Assembly: GCA_905178155.1 (NCBI GenBank)
Contig: CAJINV010000013.1
Location: forward strand, 2,050,281 to 2,114,280
Direction of reading: 5' to 3'
Source: Amoebophrya sp. A120
Lineage: Eukaryota > Protista > Dinoflagellata
DNA: 64,000 bases
Program-made: the position numbers and the translations under genes
The notes under the pieces: generated by a model
Database searches by the model: none
What the model saw: only the letters and a program-made list of their open reading frames with translations
What the model was told of the DNA's origin: nothing
Shown: one piece after another, positions 1 through 18,479 of the stretch
Numbering within the stretch: the first letter of the stretch is position 1
Layout: the number at the start of each line of letters is the position of its first letter

Positions 1-1087
1 ACCTCCTGCAAGACATGTAAAATTTGTCATGTAAAGGAACTTCCTTCAACATGATTTATCAAAATTCAAAAAGGTACTTGCTTCCAAAATTATACTTAGC
101 CGATCGATTCTTTTCACACCCGAAGTTCGATTTAGTAAATTATCGATCCTCTACTTTGCACTGGATATATATATTTGGATGAAAGTAGCTTACAAAGAAG
201 ATGAAGTTGCCTTGCCCTTGCCTTTATTGATTATCACAAAAACGGACAGGAAAGTAGCTCCAGTGGCTACTCCGCCTGGTCGCTTGACGGGCAACCGCAA
301 CCCTCAGGGGAGTTGTAGTCATAATCAATATGGTACAACCCCTGCATGTGCCGCAACAGCGCCGGCAGCTTCTTCAAACACTAAAGGCAGGAGCCCGTAT
401 CGGTCTCGCAGAAAGAGAACGCGACTGCAGAGCCATTTTCGTTTTTTCCATATTGAGATCCGCCGCACCCCATGATCACGCAACGGCGGACTCATGAGGC
501 TGCGCGTCCCTCGTTCCCCTAATGTACTTCTTCGATCTTCTATTTGGAAGGCATAAAAAAACTAAAACGCGCGATGAGCAGATAGAGAAATTATCTTTTT
601 TAATTCAATACACGATCCTCGCGATTCAACGCACTTTTGATGGTGCGTCGGTAGATCGTCTTTTTTCTTTTGCTGGTAGATCTGGTGTATTAACTATCCT
701 CTTTATAAACTTTTCACTTTTACTTTTTTACTGTGTCTTCCTGTTCCTCTTCCTGCAATAATGCGAATCTTCCGAATCAATCTGCTACATACATTCATCT
801 CCACGCCTTCACAGAGGCACAGCGCAAAATGTCGATGAAAAGTCAAATCCATGCGGCCGCCTATGTCTTCTATTCCAAGAATTTGAGTTTTTCAGTGGCA
901 CAATTATCGGAAACTCCTGACATTTATCGTATTATCCGGAAGACGAGAGAAAACTCTTCCTTGCTTGTAAGGAGGCGAGCGGAAAACTCTTCTGAGCGGC
1001 TCCTCACTAGCAGGTACTTATTTGTTTGGGCGCCGGCAATGCCGGCCGCCACATTATCGCCTTTGTACCGCTACATGACATCGCGCA

Positions 1088-1951
1088 TTATGGTCTTTGA
1101 CCTAAGCCGCATTTCGCCGTGTAACTCTGTTTCATAGCACATAGCATATCTAGCCCAACAAGTTGGTCGTCGTACTTTCCAAGAGCGAAGAAGTCTCGTA
1201 CAAAGAGCTCGGGGGAGGAGTGGAGACGGTGGGGGCATTTTGTCCGCCGGGTCACGTCGAGGAGATTCAATTTGTTCCCGCCACTATCATTATGAAAACA
1301 CGGCCCAACATCTCATGCTCGTGCCCAAGAACAGATTTGCGGCAGTCGCGAAGTTCGAGGTCTCGAGATAGGATATTAGCCGTGTCAACTTCATCATCAT
1401 AAAACACGGAACGCCAGTCTTCCGCCCCCGCTGAGCCGCACGTCTGGACGACGCCGCTGCCACCACGATCGAAACGAGCTAAATGCTGCAAAAATTCCCG
1501 CTGTAAGGGTTTCAGCTTTTCGTCGAAGTGTTCCCCGTCACCATGCTCCAGTAAGTATCGGACCAGCACTGTCCTGCGGCGCATGTTTGCACTCCTGAGA
1601 CATCTTCACCTTCATTTCGGTATCAATTTGCAGGTACAGGACGCGAGAATTGCGCTCGTTGTATATATCGACCACCACTTGCTTCCCTGATACTTCTCTG
1701 GCCTCGTAGCGCAAGGTCTGGTTAGAATTGAGCAACTCGAGCAAAGGGTTTCTTGTTGGCGGCGGCGCATACGGAGACATCGTCCCCGCCATCGGTCGCA
1801 GTTCTGCACCAGAAGATGAAGAAGACGCTGTAAGTTTCGTCTTGACCGCTCCGACATGTCCCGAGAATGAAGCAAGAAGGGCGACGCAAAGTAGTCCGAC
1901 CCGGTGAGAAAAGTTACGCCCGGTTTTCGTCATTGTGGAGCAATGCGACAT
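1088..1951 (-). CDS. Hypothetical secreted protein in three abutting ORFs (possibly frameshifted or spliced)
   Basis: ORF 1538..1951 has a signal-peptide-like start (VGLLCVALLASFSGHVGA). Protein-like ORFs 1267..1584 and 1088..1270 follow with overlaps; junctions unresolved. Confidence 0.4.
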
Positions 1952-2932
1952 GATGGTGCTAATTTAAGAATATAGCACAGTCTTTATTTGCAGGCTCTCT
2001 TGCAAATTGATATGGCTCGAAAAAGTTCTCTTCTGAGATCGATGGGCCCCAAGTGAAAAACGAAAAGTGGAGATGACCACGTTACTTAGAAGGGAGCTCG
2101 TTGTCCGACGTGTAAGTCAGTGTATCTAGATAACTAGATGCACAGCTCAGTAAAATACTGGTATGTAGCTCTTACTTTCCGGAGTCTTCCTTGATAAAGT
2201 AAGATACAGAAGCGCACCAGTTTGTTGTTCTTTTACGAGGAAAACAAGCAAAAGGAAAGTCGAGACGTTGATAGGTGTAATTCTAGTCAGGATCAAAATG
2301 CTATGTACGACTGCACAATGGAGACCTGCACTGATCGACACAATAAACAATCAGAGTCGAGGAGATCGACACCTTGGGAAACCGAAAATTGATGTTTTGT
2401 AAAAATTCTTCATCTTCACTGACTTGCCAACCGATAGAAACAATTTTTTGGTCCTCACCGATGACTTCGCCCGCTGATCCATTTTTTTGATTTCATTTTT
2501 GTTGAGTACAGCAGTGAATAAGTTCTTCGCGAATGATCCATCACGATCTTAACGATATTTTCTTTCTGTTCCCGCACCGAATTTTTGATCCCGAAAAGAT
2601 TTTTTTTTCTAATCTTGCTCAGCCATCCCATGGCAGACGAAATCCAAGCATCAATCTGTCACTGAAAGCCTGGGCGCTTCTCTGCGGGCCGTGAAGAAGA
2701 TCACAGAACTATGCAACCACGAGTGGAATGAACAGTCTCATTTCTTAGGCCAGTCGTGAGTGGCCACAAAGGAAAAGGATCTCTTGGTATTATCATGGTC
2801 GTGGGCTCCCTGAGCCAGTAAACAAAACACATTACTCGTCAACATCTGTTAAACTACAAAGAACAGAAACGTTATTTTTGTCGCTTTTTATAAAAGAAAT
2901 GCATTTCGCCGATTATCGACTGAATCTCCTCC

Positions 2933-5511
2933 TTATTTTTTCCCATCTCCCAGTGCTTCTCGCAATTTCTTTACTGATTTCTTCACTTGTTTCCCCGCCG
3001 CCGCGGTTTTCCTCGTCTTCTTCGGCAGCTTTGCCTTCTTCTTCCCCGCGCCGACGGTACTGTCCGACCTACTCTTCATTTTCGACGTCGATATATCAAC
3101 TACACCAGTCTCGTTCTCAAAGGTCTCCCCGCCGCGAGGATCGCGGTACGAGGTATTTTCAACAGGCACTGAAATGCTGGCCTTCAGGTTCTTTTTCTTC
3201 ATCTTCTTCTTTGACGATTTCGATCCTGACACTCCCATACCCGTATTGGAGATGATAGCAACAGATCCAGATGCTGCCCCCTGCTGGTGTTTTTCTTTTT
3301 TTTGATCTTGCGCTCGGAAAGGCGACGAAGCACACTGCGCAGCGGCGGTGGATAAACCTACTTTCGGGTTTAGGGTTCTTTTCTTCAAAACCCGAGACGA
3401 CAAATCCTCGTCTCCGCTATCAGAGTGAAGAAGAACTCCCCTTTTTTTCCTCATTTGGCATTGTGAACAATAATAAATTCCGAGCAGCAATAAAAACAGT
3501 ACATGGCCCCATATTTATACATATGTGGTCGTGCAGTCATAGAATTACAAATTCACGACGCCCGGAGCGTCGTTCAGTTTGGGCTTGTTCCAGAATATCA
3601 ATATTAATTTGTTCTCATACAAGCACGGCCACAAGGCTGCTCTGGCAGGACACGATTTCTTGGCACTTTCGCATGACAAATGAGGGGGAGAAGGAGGTGT
3701 GCTGCACCCTCATATCCGACCGTGTCGATTGTGAAGTTGACTGCTTGCAGTGGCGGGGTGGAAGATGACGAGGAGGAGGAGATAGTTGTACAACCAGGCT
3801 CACGCATTTTTAATCCTTTCCCTCCCAACATGGTCTGGTCCTCAGGAACCGGCTCTCCTTCGTCATCGCTGCAGCCTCCAAGTGGTTGTAGTCGATGATG
3901 TGACCTATGATCTACAACTTCCTGATTCATCCCGGTCCTTTCCGCTGTCGTCAAAAACCCCGCTTTTTTGCTGCCACCAGCGCTGATCTCCGCCTCGTGA
4001 GGACTTAAAAATACTGGGTGATGAACAGCCTCTCCTTCATCGCTGTCGCTGAGACATGCGGATTGCGGTTTCATCTGCAGTTCTACTACTTTCGCAGAAG
4101 TGTCGTGGTGGTGCGAATTGTTCTCGTGCTCCGCCCCAGATTTTCCTGCTTCCCGAGGACCCGGATGCACGAGTCCAGAAGTAGTTCCAGATGCGGACGT
4201 TGGTGCGACCACTTCCCCACGACGACCACTTCCCCACGAAATGCCTTCTGCGTCTCTGCTCGGACCTGTAGCATCACGAACACGAACATGATGATCAGCA
4301 GGGCAAATTACATTTTTACCACGCGGCGTGGTACTTGCAGCTTTATCAACAAGACCGTCCTTTTCCGCTCTTCTGTCGCGGCCACTAGTAGCCTCCTCGG
4401 TTGTCATCTGCCAACGACGAAAAATGTTCACGACTTTTTTATTACTTCTCTTGTTCATGATGTTCCTCTGGAGGTCAACAACATCCCCCTGTCGCACTGT
4501 GTTTTCCTTCTTGTGGGATATCTTGTTCGTCTCTCTTTTGCAGGTGGTGTCAATCGCAACCGATGATGACTTCAATTTCTGCGTACTAGTATGAAGATCT
4601 TCCCGCTTGTCCTCATTTGGCGCCCTTTTCTTACTCCGCTCAGCCTCGTCCAGTGCTGCCGCGTTTTTTAGTCTCTGTGCCTTGTCCCTGAGGAAACTTA
4701 TCGATCCTCCTGCGGCTCCCGGACGAACGGCGCCCCGTGTAGAAGAAGTCTTTGTGCTGATTGATGTACTAGACATTGTTCCAGCACCTAAGCGGTTGAA
4801 ACGGCGAGAATCTTCATTCACTGCAGAAATATTAAGCCCAAGTTTGTCAAAGAGACTCGCCATCAGAGCCAGGCATGTCGTGCAGTACGGGAGGAAGAAC
4901 GTGTGCGCGATTTGGTTCGACAAGGCTCTCACGGCCGTGAAAATGGCAGTCTTGAGTCGAGTTTTCTGCCTCGCCAGCATGATCTGCCGATAATCATGCA
5001 GCTCTTGTTCATCTCCGTCTGCGGGTGTTGCTGGTGCACTATCAGGATCCGGATCTTCAGAACTTGTTGTGCCTCTAAGATTTTTAGACGCTACTATTTC
5101 TGTTTCCCCCCGTTGTAGCTGTGTGGGGGCCATAATCGTTTTCATCTTGTTCATCATCGTCCCTTTTTCTGTCGTAGCAATATTTCTACCCAGAAGTTTG
5201 TACACCCGTAGTAGACGCGTGTAGATCGGCTGCCTTCGGTGCTGCGCGCGCGAGCGGTATAGGAGACGGCCCAGGACGTCCAGGTCCGGCTGAATAGAGG
5301 CCTGGGTCACGTCGTCCAGGATGAACAACATGATGTCCGACGGACCACAACCAGGAGGACTTCGACTTCTCCGCTGCCCTGCAGCTTGCTCTCCGTCTTG
5401 TTCAACTTCAAACACAGAACTACTTTGTCGCGTAGTACGACCGCTCCTCACCGGCTCTGGCTTCGTAAGAAACGAAGAAGAAGACGACCCTCCGCCTGGT
5501 GCCATCGTCAT
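2933..5511 (-). CDS. NEPRO/RMP1-like protein (RNase MRP-associated N-terminal domain) with long low-complexity, Lys-rich C-terminus
   Basis: ORF 3604..5511 has DVLGRLLYRSRAQHRRQPIYTRLLRVYKLL and HTFFLPYCTTCLALMASL, resembling the two conserved blocks of the NEPRO/Rmp1 N-terminal domain (judged by eye). Lys-rich ORF 2933..3490 is probably the last exon. Confidence 0.55.
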
Positions 5512-6819
5512 GATTTATTCGGTTTTGTGGTCCGATGTCTCAATCCTGATTGTATCAAAGAAGGACAGCAGAAGAGTAAGGCAACAATCAACCGTAAAAT
5601 AAAAAAATCCTTGCTGCAACACTTAGTGAAACTTTCTATGTTCTTCTCGCAACAAGGAGAGGCGCATTGATTCTTTCGACCGCGCAGCCAAGGACCGTAT
5701 AACAACCACCTTCGAGGAGGAGGAGTCTCAGGGGATCACAACTACTTACATCTTCAATTACTGTCTCTGTGTCGTCGTGAATCATCGTCCTGAACTCTAT
5801 TGGAGAGCGGCGATCATGAAATGATAAGCAAGACATATTGACACTACGTGGTGGACCAGATCATGTTGCGATCACGGTATCTTTATGATGTTTTTATTCA
5901 CTTTCCTCCAAATCCAACTTTTCGATTTGTTCACATAGTACACGATCAGTAAGGGCGAGGAAGCAGGCGTCATTTCATTCCGGAAGAAAATTGCTGAGAT
6001 TTGCGATTTCGATGCTCCACCATAACGTCGATGTTGCTTCTTCTCGAGAGAGCTTTATTTCTACTCACGAATCAAAGCAGCGGCAGGAAGGATTACTTAG
6101 ACTCATTTCTGCACGCTGATACGAAGATCTTGTTCCGGATTCGGTTCCGGAAGCAGCTGCTCCCGAGATGAAGCTGCAAACGTCTATTTCTATATATACT
6201 TTCGGTCTGATTTTTTCGAACTTCTTTTCAGAGTATTTTGCAGAACGAAGTCACTGAAGTACATATCTAGAGCCCTACTTTTCTACAGCCTAGATCCTAG
6301 GCACCTAGACCTACACGTTTCCGATGAACTCAATAATTTTACTGCAGCTCTTGCTTTTCTTGAAATGTCACTTTTATCTAGAGCTGTGGGCGACCCACCG
6401 TCGAGATTTTTCTCTTCCATGTTGACAACCGCATGCACTCTTTGAGGTACAGGAGATCTCCACATTCACAACTTGACCGTACGGAGGGAAGATGATTTTC
6501 ATTTTTTTTTGTCAACGCGACTGCTCATCTGTCATAGAAAAAAACTCCAATGTTCTTACTTTTGATTCTGAACAGTACAGCATCTCCCCCTCCCTTGCAC
6601 ACGTGCAGGCAGGGTACCAAGGAATGCGTGCTTTTGGTACTAGCAAGTCACCATTATTTAATATCGGCGCTTTCTTCATGCTCCTATCCACGTCCTGCAG
6701 GAGGACGTGGAAATGAACAACGCAGCTGCATCTTCAGCAATTCCTTTATTCCCCCCCCCACCTTTTACCGCGCCGCAAGGAGCTTTGTTAGTCTGGTTCA
6801 CATCAATTTCAGAAAAGGT

Positions 6820-8323
6820 CTACGATTGAGAATTTGGCATCGGCTCAGACATGGGCTCTTCTACGCTGTCGTGGTTCGACGTGCTCACGCTGTTGTTCGC
6901 ACTGCCTAGGGGTGGACTCAAGTGCATCTCTTCGTCCTCTTCCTCCTCGTCCCCGTGCGGTACTTCCCCAACATCGTCGTCGACCAAGAAGTCGGGGTCG
7001 ACGCCACTGCCGTTCTCGACGTGATTCAGCTCGTCGTGGTCTCCGAATAAATGCTGGCTAAAGCCGCGCACGGAGCTTGAGTAGTCGCTTTCGCTTTCAC
7101 TGGAGCTACTGGACTCCTCCATCAGAGAGATACCGCCTATCAAATGTAAAAATGTCTGGGTCTGGAAGAATGCAAATCTGAAGCATGCAAAAATCTGTGT
7201 TGCATGATTACCAAGAGTCGTCCAGCTTTGACCAAGTCGGGAGGGAGTTTCTAATGCAGGATAGACATGAGAAAGATCGCACAGAATCTGCCATGCTAGG
7301 TCCTGCATTCCAGACCTCATGGGTCATGGAAAATCTGCATGACAATTCGCGCATTCTTCCAGACCCAGACATTTTTACACTTGACACCGCCGACGTGATG
7401 CTGATTCTTGTGCGGCTTCGGCGACCACATCGGAGCAGACGACCTTGTTCCAGCATTCACCTGTGCCGCGCTTGTTTGGTAGTTGTAATTATTGCTGGGT
7501 ACGTAATTGTGCATCAGAAAGGAGGCGCGCCGGTCCGCTTTTCGCATGGCGACGCGCGTGTGCCTGGCGGCGAGGGACTTGCGCAGGGATTCCTTGGCCT
7601 GAGAGGTGGTCTTGACGGCGAACGGGAGCAGAAGAAACCAGGAAACCGCGGCGGCCACCAGCGTGCCCTCCCACCCGAGCACTTTATGGGGTGTCAGAAG
7701 CGAAATCGACAAAAATTGGAGGACTGATTTGCCATGCAAAGAGAGGGATACCAGTTGCAGACCAGTTGCAGACAGTTTGTTTCTAAGTGGCCGCGCATGA
7801 CACACTTTGGCAGCATCGAAATCCAATTTATCATGCTGTTTGGGCAGAGAAGCTGCTTTTGTCATGTAAACCTCGAGCCCTTCTAAACACGCTTTTACTT
7901 ACTTACAATCGGCGTCACTTGCCACCGCCGCTCGCAAGACAGGCAGTTTGCGCTTTGGATTTTCTGCATTTTGCAGATTAAAATTTCAACTTTGTCAATT
8001 TCGATTCTGACACTTCCATACACCTCCGTGATCACATACTCCGCAAACGCCGCGAGGAAGTTGACCCAGTCGACCCAGACGCGCAGAAACGCGAGCACCC
8101 CGTAGAAAAATTCGTGTTGCGCCTGCGGCCTCAACCGGCTCGAATCCGGCGGGAGCAGGGTGGCGTAGTGGTAGACCAAGCCGCCGGAGAGCTCCCGCAG
8201 GGCATGCTGGGCCGCGATGGTTTCCATCAGCGTGTACGTGCTCACGACCCAGCTGCACAAAGCAAAACCGGCGAGCTTTCTCAGCCGGGACACGCGCGTC
8301 AAGCTGCTTCGCGTATGCAACAA
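6820..8323 (-). CDS. Hypothetical membrane protein with acidic C-terminus, split by two introner elements; 5' end may extend upstream
   Basis: ORFs 7895..8323, 7317..7865 and 6820..7320 join in frame (YVITEV|LGWEGTL and HHVGG|ISLMEE) after removing 341 and 254 nt; several hydrophobic segments. Confidence 0.7.
7138..7386. mobile_element. Introner element, family A
   Basis: TIR tatcaaatgtaaaaatgtctgggtctggaagaa / ttcttccagacccagacatttttacacttgaca; TSD ccgcc at 7133-7137 and 7387-7391; very similar to 37083-37344 but 13 bp shorter; GC-AG ends possible. Confidence 0.95.
7685..8020. mobile_element. Introner element, family D
   Basis: TIR tatggggtgtcagaagcgaaatcgacaaa / tttgtcaatttcgattctgacacttccata; TSD cactt/cacct; homologous to 33810-34116 in the opposite orientation. 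Confidence 0.9.
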
Positions 8324-9819
8324 GATAGAACTGCTTTGGAGAAGCGTTCGCCCTCGTATCCGTTGTATTTTTGGGTCGTCGAAACGTACTTACTTACTAG
8401 TACAACTAGGCGTGCTCTCTTATCGACGGAGGAGGTTCTTCCATGGGGCCACTAATATAGAAGCCATAGAAAAATCCTCTAGTACTAGAACAATCATCAT
8501 GGTCATCGTCATGATGAGTGGCTTTTTTACGGATATTATCGACTTGTCCTCCTGCGAGGAGCTATCAAAAGTAGTGGTATGCAAAAATGGACTGTTCTAC
8601 ACTATACGAACGAGTTGCTCATCTTCTCCTCATCAGACAATAAATCGAGGGATACCGCTCGAGCTGTGACAATTTGGATTCCAGGTCTGCAAGCAGTGCC
8701 GCCAGGGAATTCTTATCGAGGGCTTCTGCGGGTGTCGTGGAGGTCATCATCCCGCTGGTCGCCACTGCTGCGCCATTGGCTATACTAGTGCGGAGCATGA
8801 TGTTGACCTGGGCTTCGATAAATGACGTGTCAACAGACAAAGTGAGTTTCTACGTTAGATTGCTTTCTACGTGATTGAAATGGAGGACCGCCTTCTCCAA
8901 CTCGGAATAAAAGTTACTTAGTTAGTAGCCCCGATCTGCTCCTTCAAGTACGTAGACTGCCGCCATCACATTGGAAGAGGTACTGAAAACTAGGTGGATG
9001 TCAGCGGGTATTGAAAATCATAATCTACTTCGAGCAACATAGATACACCAGCTCCCGTGATAGCCGAGGAACATCAGAGGCCAGAATTGCCACCGACTTT
9101 CTGGTTAAGTAACATTACACAACTTTATACGCAACTCCTGTTGTAGTGATCTTCGAATGGACAAGGACTTGTTTCGGCACCAAAACGTCAAGAAGTGCGA
9201 CAATGCTGCATAGAGATAATTGCGATTGTTTTTCTCTGAACAAAAATATGATAAAGCACTTAAGCTTCGTCTTTCTCCTTCACCAGCAAATTAGTATCGA
9301 TTCTCGTGGTCCCTAATAAAAAATTGAGAACTTAGCATAGGCACTGATAGTGTACCTTCACTGCCTCATAATTCCTTCGACAGAGTTCAATGAGATAGTT
9401 AGCGGTACAATCGTATTCTGTTTTCTTCATCTATCGACATTGACGTACTCGTTGAGGCGTCCAACATCACGACGAACCCATGATAATGGGCATTAGATGC
9501 AACCGAAATGTGCACTCTGTGGCAGAAAAAAGGAAAATTAGTCATGGGTCGGTCCTCTCGGTGCGCTATTATGATATTAGGGCTGCGGCGTCGACACGAA
9601 GAAGTAACTTCTATTTTCCAAATTATCGTAAATAGGAACAAACAACAACAAACGAATCCAGCGATCAAAATTCAGGACACTAGAAACAAATCTGAGATGT
9701 CCCTCATGAATACTGAATATATAATTTTCAAACTCCGGACCTGCCACCTGGAACTGGTCCGCCCGATAGAAAGTAGAAGACGCCGACGTTGGTCGAAATG
9801 AAGTACATATTCATATCAA

Positions 9820-15502
<5,683 letters not shown>

Positions 15503-15512
15503 TTCAAACTTT

Positions 15513-15916
15513 TATTGTGAGGAAAAATCCCCCCTCCCCATATTGAAAGCGCGTCCAGCTGAAAATCTGTGATGCAGATTTGTCGCCACTAATCCTGTCT
15601 GTCTTGCATGCAGGCAAATCCAGAGAATCCGCCGCAATATCCCTGTGGTTTGTGATGCTGTTGGGCCTACACCATCGACGTTTTTCATGCTATGATGCTG
15701 TTGGGCCTACACCGTCGACGTTTTTCATGCTATGATGCTGTTGGGACTACACCATCGACGTTTTTCATGCTAAGCGCTTAAGCCAAAACCCCTCGGCTCA
15801 GGCTTAGCATATCATGCCTGCAGTCCTCCACTGCAAGACAAATCTGATTTGTGTACTGAAATCCAGCAACAGAAACTTCTTTTCGATATGGGGTAGGGGC
15901 ATTTTTCATTGTAATA
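15513..15916. mobile_element. TIR element, family B, 10 nt upstream of the proposed ADSS start codon
   Basis: TIR tattgtgaggaaaaatcccccctccccatattgaaa / tttcgatatggggtaggggcatttttcattgtaata; TSD acttt; internal 40-bp unit repeated 3 times (15653-15772). Confidence 0.92.
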
Positions 15917-16299
15917 ACTTTCGTTGCAAAAATTGTCTCTCGACGTCCTAGTACATCAAGTACAACTTCGGCAAAATGCTAGAATGCGTAGTTCTTGATG
16001 AAGGTGCTGTTCTTCTTGCAGCTAGTTCGCTGTATCAGCGGCCGTGCAAGCAGCAACATGATTCTCTTTCGATATATGAATGTGAAGCTGTTTGTACTGT
16101 TAGTTGTTGACACCGACGTCACTCGATCTCGTCGACGCAGTGAAAAATACCTTAGATAGTGGCTGGTCAAAAATTCCAGATGCAGATTGATACCACTTTT
16201 TCTACAACCGAGTAGCGAGAAGAAATCGATCTGAGAAGTCGTGGTCCATGTTCATGGCCATGATCCTGCTTATGGCTTTGTAGTGCGACCCTCTGGAAC

Positions 16300-16740
16300 T
16301 GTGCGGGAGATCCGGAGAATGCGCCTTCTCTTGTTTGAAGCCGGGCAAGGCAGGCCACGGCGCCGCACCGCTCGCGCCTGCGACGAAAATCAACTTCGCA
16401 TCGATTTTTGCAAATTTGCCCGCGTTTGCTGCGGAAAACCCGGACATTGCGCCTTCTCCTGTGTGAGTGAGGCGGTTCGTTGCAGATCACGCCGCCACAC
16501 CGTTTGCGCCTTGCTTCTCCCGTTTGAGTGAGGCGTTTCGCTGTAGGCCACAGCGCCACACCGTTTGCGCCTTGCTTCTCCCGTTTGAATGAGGCGTTTC
16601 GCTGTAGGCCACAGCGCCACACCGCCTGAGGCGAGAATGAGTTTCGCATCGATTTTGGCAAATTGGCCAGCGTTTGCTGTTTCATTTTGTGCGAAAAATC
16701 CGGAAAATGCGCCTTTTCCTGCTTGAGGCGGGCCGCGGCA
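16300..16740. repeat. Degenerate tandem repeat (~120-130 bp units plus a 61-bp duplication)
   Basis: 61-bp duplication at 16500-16621; ttcgcatcgatttt at ~16395 and ~16643; core gattttggcaaattggccagcgt resembles the 18.5-kb and 30.5-kb arrays. Confidence 0.75.
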
Positions 16741-17098
16741 GGCCTGCACAGCCTTGGTGCTGGTGGAACTCATATTTTTGTTTACCCTTCTAGATGAAGA
16801 TGAACACAGAGCAAAGTAAAACTGTCTGAACAGGACGAACCCAGTAGTACCAGTAAGCCCTCTACTAGGACAGCTTGCAAATCCAAAGCACCATCGTGTT
16901 CTTTTTCAGGCTCCGTTCGTTCTTCTACGCACAGGTGCCACGCACAGATGCAACAAACATCACATGCAGCTACACCTATTTCCACATAAAAATGTAGTCG
17001 CTAAATAATTTGATAGTTTGATCAAGAACAAGTCCCCGGTCTTCGTCAACATCAAAGGGGGCAGAGCCGGACCTTGTCTTCAACTAAAAATAGGATCT

Positions 17099-18052
17099 TC
17101 AGGCACTGTGCGTCGCCAGCAAGTGCTGCTTGAGGCATGCGAGAGGGTTTGCTTTGTACTCCGGGATTTTCACGATTGTGTTGTGGTAGGCAATCTTGGT
17201 TTCCTGGTCTTCGATGCGTTTCGCCGTTTTCTTGTCGTCCTTGGTCAGCTTAGCGGTTTGCTGTTTCAACAACTTCTTCTTGCTCTGCTGCGCGGAGTGT
17301 TGTCGCAAAGCAGCTCCAATCACGCTATCCTGAGGAAAACACGTGCGTCCCCTGTCCATACTTGCCACGCAAATCCGCATGCCCAAACTGTGTGCCATGC
17401 GGAGCTCCTCATAAAAGGCATATTCTATCTATGTACTACCTGAAAATTCGTCATGCTCCAATCAGGAGAAGGAACTCGATTTGGTGTGATGCGAGTCAGA
17501 CACGACGAAGTACACTAGTTGTAATGCAAAACGGCCGAAACTTTAACTTCCTGGCTTGTGTAGCGAGTCTACCACCTTGACTATCAGGCGGGGAGGACGA
17601 CGTCGTTTTTGCTAAGGATACACGCCTGTGCGCTGTTTCAGTAGACCGCGGGCCCCCGCAGGAGGTGGACGGCTCACGACAGTACGCTTCTTCTTTTGCA
17701 AGGTCGTGTTGTTCGCCAAAACAGCACGTGTGGTTGTGCGCTGGCTTCTTCCCGCAGCAGAGGCACGATTGTGCTGCTTGTTCAATGTTGTCGCCGTTCC
17801 GGATTCTTGGTCTCCTGCTTCTGAGTCGATTTGTTCCTCCGATTCTGATCCTGACCCCAAGGTCGTATCATGATCCACCTCGTCATCTTTTATGCGCTGC
17901 TGCTGTATGCGCTGCATTTTTTTCGCCAGTTTTTGTTTCTCCTTTCGCGGCAGCTTCTTCCAAGAATCATGGGCGAGAGAGGCCGAGTCGCTCTTTTTCA
18001 CCGTCAACAGCCGATTGGCGTGAACGGCGCCGGTTCGAAGCCGCTTGCCCAT
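17099..18052 (-). CDS. SLX9/FAM207A-like ribosome biogenesis protein, 2 exons
   Basis: ORFs 17612..18052 and 17099..17398 join in frame (QRTGV|IGAALRQ). C-terminal IVKIPEYKANPLACLKQHL resembles the SLX9/FAM207A motif (by eye); basic N-terminus. Confidence 0.6.
17326..17620. mobile_element. Introner element, family G
   Basis: TIR tatcctgaggaaaacacgt / acgtcgtttttgctaaggata; TSD cacgc on both sides; an internal block matches 12212-12393 in reverse orientation. Confidence 0.9.
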
Positions 18053-18479
18053 TTTTCTTTGTATAATCGTGAGTGAAAAATGATCAAATTCCTGCGTGCA
18101 GAGATATAGAATTCTACCAGTTCACATCACACCTGGAGAAATGAGCATAGTAGATGTGGTTGTTGATCTTGATCTACTAGACCTGGGTGATCAACAACAT
18201 GATGGCTGCCAAAATTTTTGAAGGAGCCAATCCATTTGGGTGTTGTTTCTTCACAGAGCAAGACATAAAATTTTCACCGCGCGACCAGCGCTTGGGGATT
18301 GGGATCTCCATGCTTTTTCGAGTGCTTTCTTTGTTGCTTCTGTCGAAGACGAAAAAGAACTCTGCATTGATCTTTTTGTTTTTGCGCGTGACTGAGCCTG
18401 AAAAAACTTCGAAAAATCGGCTAAGACGCCGAATCAGAATTTGAATTTCGTTTCGATTTTTTTTTTAGAAAGTTGGTCA

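Noticed and set aside
1-170. Possible right half of an element at the window start
   Set aside because: It has tttgtcatg and a ...ggata end, but the left TIR and TSD are outside the window and cannot be verified.
7138-7386. Terminal TA read as a Tc1/mariner TA target duplication
   Set aside because: A variable 5-bp direct repeat lies outside the TA, and the frame is restored only when the TA dinucleotides are removed with the element.
15777-15788. cttaagccaaaa, close to the reverse complement of the dinoflagellate spliced-leader 3' end
   Set aside because: Short imperfect match inside a family B element; the homologous site in the 32916 copy matches less well.
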